Positions 17,353 through 26,889 of a stretch of 64,000 nucleotides of DNA are shown one piece after another. Every line of letters starts with the position of its first letter. The stretch's first letter is position 1. The notes under the pieces are model-generated. The model had not been told where the DNA came from. It ran no database searches and saw nothing but the letters and a program-made list of their open reading frames with translations. The DNA lies in IMG/VR virus record IMGVR_UViG_3300028914_001625, positions 18,751-82,750 of that record; one strand, 5' to 3'. The translations under genes were made by a program, and so were the position numbers. The DNA comes from a virus. Taxonomy: Duplodnaviria > Caudoviricetes.

Positions 17353-18156
17353 CTATTTCCAACCCTCAAATGGGTCAAATGACACTTTATCAGATTTTTT
17401 CCTGTAAAGCGGGTCCATTAAGGCAGCGTTTTCTGACTTCTCAATATCTCTGAATTTGTCGTTAAGTTTCAATGGGTCATTTGTGTTATGTTCTTTATGG
17501 AAACCATTAGTAGCGACATCATAAATTGGGTCCGTAGGGTCGGAAAGTGTCGGGTCAAGTTCTATGCCTTTATACCCGTCAGTCGGAATAGAAAATTTGC
17601 AGTCCTTATAGACTCGCATTGTCAAGTCATAAGTCTGTGACTGAAGTCCAAAGGCAGTGTTATAGTACTTGACATCTGCAATTTCGTAGAATGTCTTGTT
17701 TGGTTCAAGATACACAACATCGCCAATTCTTGGTTCAAAGGCGTCATGCTGCTCAGGATCATTTCTTGTTTTGCCACCATAAGTTGACCAATACTGGAAA
17801 GCAGCTCTGCCTACGAAAATCTCTAGAATGTCTGCGCCCCAGATACCCTGAAGTTGGTAGTTCAGAACATTGGGCGGAATCTTGTCAGTATAGCCTTTGA
17901 AATAGAAAGCTCTTTCAACATACTGCAAAGTATCTTCGCCATAAAGTTTATCGCCTGACCATTCTCCGTCATTTTCAAACTGGTGACTGATCTTGTAGTA
18001 TGTGAACTTAAGTCCAAACTTGCCATAAGCCTCTGTTGTGTAAGCTTGGGCTTCATACGCTTCGTCTTCTGAAACGATGTTCTTCACATTTGGCGAAGTA
18101 CATTCATAATCGTCTCTAATTGTGTTGCAGAGCCAAGGATACTTTTCATTTGCCAT
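17353..18156 (-). CDS. neck/head-completion protein (T4 gp14-like)
   Basis: EAYGKFGLKFTYY, LYGEDTLQYVERAF, EPRIGDVVYLEPNKTFYEI and FGLQSQTY align by eye with T4 gp14 features. Confidence 0.75.
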   Translation of the reverse strand: MANEKYPWLCNTIRDDYECTSPNVKNIVSEDEAYEAQAYTTEAYGKFGLKFTYYKISHQFENDGEWSGDKLYGEDTLQYVERAFYFKGYTDKIPPNVLNYQLQGIWGADILEIFVGRAAFQYWSTYGGKTRNDPEQHDAFEPRIGDVVYLEPNKTFYEIADVKYYNTAFGLQSQTYDLTMRVYKDCKFSIPTDGYKGIELDPTLSDPTDPIYDVATNGFHKEHNTNDPLKLNDKFRDIEKSENAALMDPLYRKKSDKVSFDPFEGWK

Positions 18157-18158
18157 AC

Positions 18159-18971
18159 TTACTCCGCCTCAATAAATCCGTTGACATTCCATTTAATGTT
18201 AATTTGGTCAAAACTCGATCTTACCGGCTTAGGGAACTGATAATATGCGATAGGAATCATATCAGGTATCTGCATATTCTGTCCTTTCCAAGACAACAAG
18301 TAACCAACTGCGCCGACAGCAAGAATGTTTTCGTTTCTTCCTTTATATCCCGTGTAATTTGCAGAGATACTGTTGTAGTAACGATTACGGTTTGCTTTCT
18401 TTTCATCATCATCTTTGAAATTGACATCATCGCAAGTCTGTGTAATGCGAGACTCGATGATATCGTCTTCTGGAATGTTCAAACGATAATAAGAACCTTG
18501 CTCATATTCGTTATTCAAGTCATATTCTTGAACGATGGAGTCAAAGTGACGGCCAGATGTTGAAGGCCCACGATAATCATAAGATTTTGTTACTGGACAT
18601 GCTGAAACATATCGTTCAAGACCCTTCGTAAACAGGTAAGCAGATGCCGGTGTGTGACACATGTTCTGATATGTGTATTCAGGAAGTGCTTCCGTATCTT
18701 TATCAACTGAAGTAGTCTTGACTGATCTTAAATAAGTATCTGCTAACTGAACAGTTGCCTGTGGCAATTCCATAAAGTCACGATAACGAAGGTTTGGGTC
18801 AAGAGCATTAACATCAAACCAGCCCTTTATGCCGGTGATAGTCGGAATGTCATGAATGACCCAAGACAAAACGATGTTATTGTTGTTAAAGCCAGATATC
18901 TGGCCTGTGCCTAAAGCATAGCGATAGGCATTGAAGACCATCTTTCTGTTAGCAGCAGAAAAATCTGCCAT
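18159..18971 (-). CDS. putative virion/tail protein, 270 aa
   Basis: Ends VFNAYRYALGTGQI and IAYYQFPKPVRSSFDQINIKWNVNGFI resemble a small phage minor-tail family; located in the late cluster. Confidence 0.65.
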   Translation of the reverse strand: MADFSAANRKMVFNAYRYALGTGQISGFNNNNIVLSWVIHDIPTITGIKGWFDVNALDPNLRYRDFMELPQATVQLADTYLRSVKTTSVDKDTEALPEYTYQNMCHTPASAYLFTKGLERYVSACPVTKSYDYRGPSTSGRHFDSIVQEYDLNNEYEQGSYYRLNIPEDDIIESRITQTCDDVNFKDDDEKKANRNRYYNSISANYTGYKGRNENILAVGAVGYLLSWKGQNMQIPDMIPIAYYQFPKPVRSSFDQINIKWNVNGFIEAE

Positions 18972-21900
18972 TAGTTAACCTCCATCAACAGACCACCGTT
19001 TGTGTTTCCATAATTTATAGCAGGCGTCTCGATGTTATAAGATACATTGTCGAGCTGGGCGCCATTTGTATTATCTATAAACATTACATTTCGGTCTTGC
19101 GAGTCAGTAACAAGAATACCACCAAACTGGTGAGCATCATCTGCAGGAACAATCTCGTTATTTCTAAACATCGCAGCAGAAACTGCAGAAGTAGTGAACG
19201 AAGTGTTATGCAAAAGTGTCTCACGAATATGTCTTGGTGAAACAGAGTTACCGATATGCAAGTAGTTATTGTTATACTTGAAGCCGTCAGCAGAGTTAGT
19301 CAAGTCATCACGGAATGCGTAACCGTAAACTGCCTTGCGTGTATCAGAAATTCTTCTATTATCGTCTTGCTTAACAGCAGAAGTGAACTGAACTTGATGA
19401 CGGAATGTGAAGTCAGTCAAGAATGCGCTTGCGGCTGAGTAAGTATAGCTGAAGTAAAGGTCTTCAGGGTTTGTCTTGCCTTCAAATACCACCTTATCTG
19501 CCAACTTGTCAATGTCAAGTGTAGTTGAATAAGATTCTTGAATAGGTACTGCCTGTCCTGCAGCGCCAGCATCACGGCGTGTCCAGTCTACGGTGTCTCT
19601 GTAATAGATTCTTGAAGGAGAAGACTGGTTAAGCAACTCTTGATTTGCGAAAGTTTGAGCAAGATTTGATGAATACTGCGCTGTCTTCAACTTATTAAGG
19701 TTATCTTTCTGCATTTGAGTTGTTCTAGCAAAGTTAGGAATGAATGACAAGTATGAACCGAAGATAGAATCAACCGACTGGAAGTTCTTCTTGGTCTTAT
19801 AGATGTCAATGTTGTTAGAGAAGTCACCAATTACTTGGCTATTCATCGAAACGCCGTTGAAGTCAAAGATATCACCAAGAACTTCAGTCTTGATATAAAT
19901 CTGAATATCTTCCTTTGAAATCTTTTGGTTGTTTTTAGCAGTTAATAATGTCTGACCATAATCTGGAATAGTATCATTATCCCATCCATAGAATGCTGCG
20001 AACGAGTTACCGATAGGAGCATAATGAGGGTCATAATCAGACAAGGCCAAATCTCTATACATTGGCATAGGAACATCAATAGCCCATGTTGTATAAGTGT
20101 CTGGTCCTGTCCAGTCACCGCCTTTATCTCTACCAGGGCCTTCAGTAGCAAGCACAGAAGGAATTTCGTTGAACTGTGTAGAGATGTAGCCAAACATATT
20201 CAAGTCACTTTCATCAGTCTTGTTTGGTCTGTATTCTTTCAACTTACCAACTGAGTTGACAGACTGCATTGAAAGAAGTTTCTGGCTTGTATTCAATGAT
20301 CTGTTGCCAAGCTGTGAAGTCTGAACGTCAAGCAAACCAGCGAATGAACCGAAGGCGTTATGCACATCCTTGTTAATGATGTAAGCATCGTTTACATGTT
20401 CGTTACAAGATGGGTCATGAATATCATTCAACTGATAGCTAGTGTTGATGTCGCGGAATGTAACGATGTTATACTTTTGATTAGTCTTAAGTTCAATCTT
20501 GTTTTCGTTTTGGTTCGTCGGAATAAGACGGCCAAAGACACCACCCGCATTGAAGATCGGGCGAAGACGGAAAGTAACCACATCGTCAAGCGGCATAGTA
20601 GTAGCATTTTCACAATCTGCATACCATTCTGAACAGAAGTCAATGATTGGTTTTGCTTCCTGATAGAATGCATAGTCGTTTACGTAGTTCGGGTTCTCTG
20701 TGAAGTAAGGATAAAGGTCTGGGTGCTGTAAGCTATAGTTCGTTTCCTTAATACTAGAGCCTTCATCTTGTGTGATACGGTAAACTCTGATGCCTCTCTT
20801 GTTCAAAGTAGTCAAGTATTCAGTGAAGCGGTCAATCTCAGCCTGTGTAGCGTTCTCCCAATCCTCGTATGTTGTCAAAAGACGAGATTCATCAACAAGA
20901 TCCTCAGAATCTTCTGGGTAGTAACGATACTTCTTAGAGTCTTCAGCTGGGTTAGCACCAATTTCTTGAAGTGCTGAAGATTTTGCTCCAGGAATGATAG
21001 GCGTCATCTTATAGCGAACATGGAAGTTGTCGTTCGCTATCTTTGACTTATACTTTGAAATCTGTTCGTTAGCAAGCTCTTGGTTGTAGAAGTCTACAAC
21101 AGGTTCTTGTGCATATTCCATATACCAAGTTGGTTCATCAATGATGTCAGTAGAGACATGTTCAACGAGACCTCTTTCTTGCTTACCAGCAACACCGCCC
21201 AAGAATCCAACGAAGTTACCGCGGTTTCTTCTTGTTGTCTTAACGATGACGTTTGAAATATGTCCATAATTAGCACCAACTACTGGCGAGATGTTATAAG
21301 CAGCTCTTGCCATGTGAGCCATGCGAAGTGGCTTATTATAAACAGCATGTGGAAGGTCAAGATACTTAATGTTCTTGTCCTTAATATCACCTTCATCATA
21401 ATCAGTAAAGAATCCGTTCATTGTTTCGTTGTTCTTGAACATCATCTTCTCAATATTCCAGTTATAATGAATGACGTTTGTGCTCATTCCAAGTGTTGGC
21501 GAGAAGCCCCATGAATTCAAGTAAGGCGTTCCGTAGCCATAAGCAAAGTTTGAAGTTCTAACTACCTGTGTAGTGAAGTCGCCATTGAAGTCAAGGCCGT
21601 AATAACGAGGATCCTTGATGTACATTTCAGCGACATGATGCATTGAGTAAGTAGCTGCTTCAAGTTCGCTACCAAATACATTTGTCCATGAACCTCTGTT
21701 ATTAGCCCAGTTACTGAGAATTTTACCAAAGGTTGAACCAGCATCTCTTACGGTATCATATACGCTACCTGCAACGACTCCAGCTGGGCAAGGAAGGTCT
21801 TCATGACCTTGTCTTGGCACAGCGTGTGTAACTGGAGCATAGTGCAAGTTCTTTGTGTCAATCAAATAGAAGTCAATAGAGCCTTCAATATCATTGACGT

Positions 21901-24634
21901 GACCGTCGTTAATAGTAACGTCACACCATTTATTGGTATGTCTTACCTTTGGCCAATACGTTACGAGCTGCGACTCAGGATGTTCTGGTGTAGCAGGCAA
22001 TTCATATGTTCTAGCTGCATAGAATGACTTCAATGTAGACTTATCGTCTTCATCATTGATTAACCAGCCTGACCAGTCTTTATCATCCTGCCAGAAGCTT
22101 GGGTCAGTATCTATCAAACCTTCCGTCATCGCTGTCATGTTCTGAAGGAAGCAACGAATCAACATCTTTTCACTGATTACATAACCTGTAGTATCGTCAT
22201 CAGTCTTAAATGCGCCACCAAGTGCGTGATTAGGTATTGAAAGAATTGCTGCAAGTGGGCAGCAGTTTTCAGTCCACCAAGGGCCATACTTCTTCTCTAT
22301 ATCATTTTCACTAAGACCTGGTTTTTGTCTTACCAAGTCATTGTCTCGTGCGGAGATAAGAATGTATCTGTCTTTCTCTTCAGAATAATACTTATAGACC
22401 GGGCTTACTGCCTGCCAGCCTGGGTAGTTCTGTGACGGATTGCCGGCATACCAAACCTTAAGCCACTCTTCGTTCCAGTAATACTTAAATGTTTTTTCTT
22501 CACCGGCAGCATTCTTAGCAGTTAACTGCATTGAGCCGAGCGGGTTAGTAGCAAGGTTGATAATCATTCTATCCCAGCAGTGGGTAGAAGAATCACGGTA
22601 CTTCGGTTCCCATGCAAGGTTTGTGAAGTTCTTTGACACGATCTTTGCAGGAGTACCTTCCTGTGTGAAAATCTTAATATCGTCTTCGCCAACAATGTAG
22701 TCAGTTTCAAGTCCGATACCCACATCAGAAATCTTAGACTGCCAACCTAAACTTCTAATCCATGTGTTGTCATATCTGAAGACAACGCGCTGGTCATAAG
22801 ATTCGTTGTTCCAAGAGAAACCGATAGCCATGTTAATGATATGCGACTCAAGAGTCGCATCTTCACCAGCCTCAGTATCTACACCAAGTCCAAGTTTTTT
22901 AAACAAGTCAACCGGCTGTTCAGTGTCTGGGTCAAGGAAGTAACCGAACTCTCTGTTCTTAGCGAGTTCTTTTTGAATGTCTTCCATCACGGCAGGATCG
23001 ACATCAGGGTCTTCATGTTGAAGATCATCAAATGCCAAAGTAACTGGGTCACCATCTTCATCTTTGTCTTGTATGATGATTATCGGTTGATGAGTTTGTT
23101 CGTCATATTTGATACTGCCGTCAGGGTTGCGGTCAAATGTAACGCCTTCAAGCGTGATATCATTTGCATCAAATGATGCTGCGCCGTCAATCATCAACCA
23201 CGGAAGCACTGAAAGATTCATTCTACCAGCACGGAACTTATAGCGACGTTCGCCCATACCTGCTTTCTTATCAAAAGCAGTACCGTGAATTTCAAGGAAG
23301 TATCTTGTCTTAGCTCCAGTATCTTCATTAACTGCATCTTGACCGATGATAAGAATCATGTTTCGTCCATAAGGGTCATCAAACACAGTCAAACGAGATT
23401 TATCGTTTTCGTAAATTCTCTTAAAGGTATCATCAGCTAACATTGAGTCAATGTAGCCTTTACCGCGTGAGCCGAAGTACTTGATGAAGTAAGCAATGTC
23501 TGCTACATTCTCAGTAAGGTCAAGTGACTCAGGAGTCAAACCTGTGTAGTAAGTAGCACGCTGTCTTGGAGCTGCTTCAACACAAGCAAATTGTCCGTTA
23601 GTGTTATAACCACCACCATACTGAGCATAAAGACCTTCAGCGAAATAACCTACATAAGGGCAAATGTTACCCGGAGAGTTAATACACCAAGAGTTCAAGA
23701 AGTAGAAGTTTTCACCATCGTCATACTTCTTACGGATAGTCGAGAAATCTGTGTATTCATCTGACTTATTAGAGACAGAATAAACCTGAGGCACGAAACC
23801 TGAGAACGTAAAGTTGTTAAGTTGAGAACCATCAATGTTTTCAACTCGTCCATAGTTTCTACCAACAAGAATACCAGCATTAACATCTCGTCCATCTGAC
23901 TTGATGTGGTTCAAGTTGATGAGCTTGTTACAAACAAGTGTCGTTGCGTCGTTCTCTGCTTCACGAAGTTTGAAGTTTCTTACGATACCGTCTTGTCCAA
24001 GAACACCTACAAGACCGTTGTCATCATTATCACAAATGATAGTGCCAGCGACTGTATGTCCGTTACCGTCAAAGATACCTTGGAACGGATACTTTTCATC
24101 TTTACCAATCTGTCCACGGATAACGCCGTTGATGTCGTCACCGATAACACCGATTACTCGGTTGTTTGCTTCATTGACGTGGTCAGCAAACCAACGAAGT
24201 TCTTCCTTCGTTCTGATGTAATAGAAACCACCTTGCTCAAGATAGTCGCTGATAGCCTTATTAGCAGAAATATCTGAGTAGTAAGTAGTCTTACAGAAGC
24301 GTTCCCAGTTTGACTCTTTACTGTAAACGCCTTTCTCGCCCATAGCACCGGAGGTAATGAACATCGGCTTCTTGGTGCCGCTTGTATCAGCAGGACGATA
24401 CCAAGTGATGTCATTACGAATGCCAGAAAAACGCATATCGTAATATGCTTCTTGCTTATTCATCTTGAAGTCATCAAGTGAACGATACTGCGCTAGCTTA
24501 TAATTCGATGATGGGCTGTCACCGAACTCGTCTTTAAAACGGTTATTCACAGGAATGAAGTTCCAAGTGTCATTACCTGGAACTTCGCCATTAAGGAAAC
24601 GCTGCTTAAATGAATTGAAAATAACAGACGCCAT
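18971..24634 (-). CDS. giant virion protein (~1887 aa) with GLUG-like beta-helical segments
   Basis: Start MASVIFNSF at 24634 (TAATG overlap); YIRTKEELRWFADHVN...FQGIFDGNGHTV...GLVGVLG...NAGILVGRNYGRVEN plus two later GG.VG-type segments. Confidence 0.75.
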   Translation of the reverse strand: MASVIFNSFKQRFLNGEVPGNDTWNFIPVNNRFKDEFGDSPSSNYKLAQYRSLDDFKMNKQEAYYDMRFSGIRNDITWYRPADTSGTKKPMFITSGAMGEKGVYSKESNWERFCKTTYYSDISANKAISDYLEQGGFYYIRTKEELRWFADHVNEANNRVIGVIGDDINGVIRGQIGKDEKYPFQGIFDGNGHTVAGTIICDNDDNGLVGVLGQDGIVRNFKLREAENDATTLVCNKLINLNHIKSDGRDVNAGILVGRNYGRVENIDGSQLNNFTFSGFVPQVYSVSNKSDEYTDFSTIRKKYDDGENFYFLNSWCINSPGNICPYVGYFAEGLYAQYGGGYNTNGQFACVEAAPRQRATYYTGLTPESLDLTENVADIAYFIKYFGSRGKGYIDSMLADDTFKRIYENDKSRLTVFDDPYGRNMILIIGQDAVNEDTGAKTRYFLEIHGTAFDKKAGMGERRYKFRAGRMNLSVLPWLMIDGAASFDANDITLEGVTFDRNPDGSIKYDEQTHQPIIIIQDKDEDGDPVTLAFDDLQHEDPDVDPAVMEDIQKELAKNREFGYFLDPDTEQPVDLFKKLGLGVDTEAGEDATLESHIINMAIGFSWNNESYDQRVVFRYDNTWIRSLGWQSKISDVGIGLETDYIVGEDDIKIFTQEGTPAKIVSKNFTNLAWEPKYRDSSTHCWDRMIINLATNPLGSMQLTAKNAAGEEKTFKYYWNEEWLKVWYAGNPSQNYPGWQAVSPVYKYYSEEKDRYILISARDNDLVRQKPGLSENDIEKKYGPWWTENCCPLAAILSIPNHALGGAFKTDDDTTGYVISEKMLIRCFLQNMTAMTEGLIDTDPSFWQDDKDWSGWLINDEDDKSTLKSFYAARTYELPATPEHPESQLVTYWPKVRHTNKWCDVTINDGHVNDIEGSIDFYLIDTKNLHYAPVTHAVPRQGHEDLPCPAGVVAGSVYDTVRDAGSTFGKILSNWANNRGSWTNVFGSELEAATYSMHHVAEMYIKDPRYYGLDFNGDFTTQVVRTSNFAYGYGTPYLNSWGFSPTLGMSTNVIHYNWNIEKMMFKNNETMNGFFTDYDEGDIKDKNIKYLDLPHAVYNKPLRMAHMARAAYNISPVVGANYGHISNVIVKTTRRNRGNFVGFLGGVAGKQERGLVEHVSTDIIDEPTWYMEYAQEPVVDFYNQELANEQISKYKSKIANDNFHVRYKMTPIIPGAKSSALQEIGANPAEDSKKYRYYPEDSEDLVDESRLLTTYEDWENATQAEIDRFTEYLTTLNKRGIRVYRITQDEGSSIKETNYSLQHPDLYPYFTENPNYVNDYAFYQEAKPIIDFCSEWYADCENATTMPLDDVVTFRLRPIFNAGGVFGRLIPTNQNENKIELKTNQKYNIVTFRDINTSYQLNDIHDPSCNEHVNDAYIINKDVHNAFGSFAGLLDVQTSQLGNRSLNTSQKLLSMQSVNSVGKLKEYRPNKTDESDLNMFGYISTQFNEIPSVLATEGPGRDKGGDWTGPDTYTTWAIDVPMPMYRDLALSDYDPHYAPIGNSFAAFYGWDNDTIPDYGQTLLTAKNNQKISKEDIQIYIKTEVLGDIFDFNGVSMNSQVIGDFSNNIDIYKTKKNFQSVDSIFGSYLSFIPNFARTTQMQKDNLNKLKTAQYSSNLAQTFANQELLNQSSPSRIYYRDTVDWTRRDAGAAGQAVPIQESYSTTLDIDKLADKVVFEGKTNPEDLYFSYTYSAASAFLTDFTFRHQVQFTSAVKQDDNRRISDTRKAVYGYAFRDDLTNSADGFKYNNNYLHIGNSVSPRHIRETLLHNTSFTTSAVSAAMFRNNEIVPADDAHQFGGILVTDSQDRNVMFIDNTNGAQLDNVSYNIETPAINYGNTNGGLLMEVN

Positions 24635-26883
24635 TATGATTCCCACCTCTCAACGTAATCGCCCTTAGTGCCTTCATCAGTTTCTGGATATTGGCGCGGG
24701 ACGCTTAACGTAATACTAAACTTATCCATATCCGTATGTATAGTATTTATTTCCTCAGCGTCATAAAGCGTTGACTCGTTGTCGAGAATGATGTCTGTTG
24801 CTGATTCATCTCCTGAAGCAATGATCTTGTAGAATCGCTTCCAGTCAGTCATGATCTGCTTATCATCGCCGTCGCCAAAATAAGCCTTACATACTGAATT
24901 GATGAAGTCAATGTTATCAGTTCTGACCACATCAACGTTCTTTGACATTCCTGGAAGTTTCAAAGTATAGAAAATTTCAACTTCACCAGAAGGCAAACGA
25001 CAAAGGACAGGAATACCAATCGTATTCGGATAACGGTCAGTGCCCTTTGAAGCATAGTGAACCTTTGGCAGTCTTACTGTCTGATAATTTCGTTCGTCAT
25101 AATGCGAAAACTTCGTGTCATGAATCATCTTGATAGACTTATAGTCAAATCGCATTGAGTCATGAACGATAGCAGAGGTCATGCGAGGTCCTTTAATGAA
25201 ACGAGTGATGTCGTAATAGTAAAGCACCTTTGACGAGCCTGTGTAGCGAGGCTCTTTCATAATCTCGTCAAACTTATCCCAGCCGTTCTTGCCGTTCCAA
25301 ACGAACAATTCAGTTGTGTACTGTGTCGTTCTCTTGAATGTACACCAGTTAGCCAAAGTGTTTGACCACCACCAGACAGGTTTCGTCATCTTATCTTCAT
25401 CATTATTCATAAGTACTTTTGACTTTAAGTAACCGTTCTCACCTTCAGGCAATGTGTCAGTAGTAGCGCCTTGTGCGTAATACTCCTTAGGAGTTTTCCA
25501 AGCATTCTTGGGATCGTTCAATGCTTCATCGAGAATTTCATCAACATTTCTATTGTCAGAAAGTACTGGCTTAATGTTAATCGCTTTGACGAAGATAGAC
25601 TCGGTCGTGTAGTAATGTCTTGCCATTACATTATAGTTGGCCTTGACATAGTTTCCGCCGTCCATGTAAATCAAAGCAAGGTTATCATCATTTGTTCTTG
25701 TAGTCGATGTAGCTGTAATGTCTTCTGTATTCTGAATGATAGGTGTCTCATCTCTAAATTCATTAGCGAAGAGAACCATATCCTTCATCTTGTAAGTAGC
25801 AGAATAAGTATAGTAAGTGCAAGTGCCAAAAAGACTGTTGCTTCTTATCTGCATTATGTTATTCAAGACATTCTTATACACTGGGTTGTCTACCCAGTAA
25901 TAAATTCCTGATGAAGTATTAGTCACTGGTCTATACCAATCGTCACCTAGCTTAAACATGTGGAGTTTAAGTGTAGAGTTCCAGAAGAGGTTATTGGTAT
26001 GAAGCAAGCAAAGCGCATTATTATCAAAGATCTTAAGGTCAGGTCTTTGTGCATTGATAAGCGGCCAGAAATAATCAATAGTAGCGACATCTGGCAAAGA
26101 AGCTGGAATAGCGACTGCCTGTCCTGTAGTCGGGTCTATGACTCCTCTAAGTCCAAAGAATCCCCAGAAAGCAGTAAGTATCTGCCACATATCATTCTTT
26201 TTGTTTATAGGATAGTTTGGATCTCTTAAAGTGACAGCCCATCTACCAAAATCGTAAAGAGTGAACTCATCTTGAGTCCAGCGTTTTGAACAGTAGCTTC
26301 TTACATACCACAAGAACGAAGAAAATGCGTTCATGTCAGTAGCATTAGCAAGTGGAATCGTATTTCCTTGTGCATCAAGAATTGCTTGATTAGTGGTTTC
26401 GTCCCACTTTATGCCGTTGACTAAAACGCCTGCTTCATATCCTAGAAGATAGTAAGCATGCCCATTTTCAGGTGCAGTTATTTCGTCAAGTGTGCCTTTT
26501 ACGTCAGTAGGTAAAAGTCTTACTACTGTCAGACGCTTATCATTAATGAAGTCATAATCAGTACCGTAGCATTTATCAGCGGTCATAACTTCGCCAGGCT
26601 TGAGCGGAGTCAATGTAGGCCATGAATCAGTGTTCAATCCTTTATTAAGAATCGTAGCATCTGACGCATTAGCCATGTATTCTAATGCATTGTCATTAAA
26701 CTTTGTGTTCTGAAGAATTCTTGGGTCTTCTGCTACATCTTCATATCTGGAAAGGTCTGTCTTAATGTAAGGACAGAGTGTAGCATCTGCTTCGGTGCCG
26801 TTTTTCGGTATGTAGTAATGGACAAACCCAGGCCAGATATGTCCAAGACGATCTATGTTCCAATCATAATAAACCATACCCAT
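24634..26883 (-). CDS. hypothetical (probably virion) protein, 749 aa
   Basis: Long ORF; TAAATA late-promoter-like motif just upstream. Confidence 0.8.
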   Translation of the reverse strand: MGMVYYDWNIDRLGHIWPGFVHYYIPKNGTEADATLCPYIKTDLSRYEDVAEDPRILQNTKFNDNALEYMANASDATILNKGLNTDSWPTLTPLKPGEVMTADKCYGTDYDFINDKRLTVVRLLPTDVKGTLDEITAPENGHAYYLLGYEAGVLVNGIKWDETTNQAILDAQGNTIPLANATDMNAFSSFLWYVRSYCSKRWTQDEFTLYDFGRWAVTLRDPNYPINKKNDMWQILTAFWGFFGLRGVIDPTTGQAVAIPASLPDVATIDYFWPLINAQRPDLKIFDNNALCLLHTNNLFWNSTLKLHMFKLGDDWYRPVTNTSSGIYYWVDNPVYKNVLNNIMQIRSNSLFGTCTYYTYSATYKMKDMVLFANEFRDETPIIQNTEDITATSTTRTNDDNLALIYMDGGNYVKANYNVMARHYYTTESIFVKAINIKPVLSDNRNVDEILDEALNDPKNAWKTPKEYYAQGATTDTLPEGENGYLKSKVLMNNDEDKMTKPVWWWSNTLANWCTFKRTTQYTTELFVWNGKNGWDKFDEIMKEPRYTGSSKVLYYYDITRFIKGPRMTSAIVHDSMRFDYKSIKMIHDTKFSHYDERNYQTVRLPKVHYASKGTDRYPNTIGIPVLCRLPSGEVEIFYTLKLPGMSKNVDVVRTDNIDFINSVCKAYFGDGDDKQIMTDWKRFYKIIASGDESATDIILDNESTLYDAEEINTIHTDMDKFSITLSVPRQYPETDEGTKGDYVERWES

Positions 26884-26889
26884 TATTTA

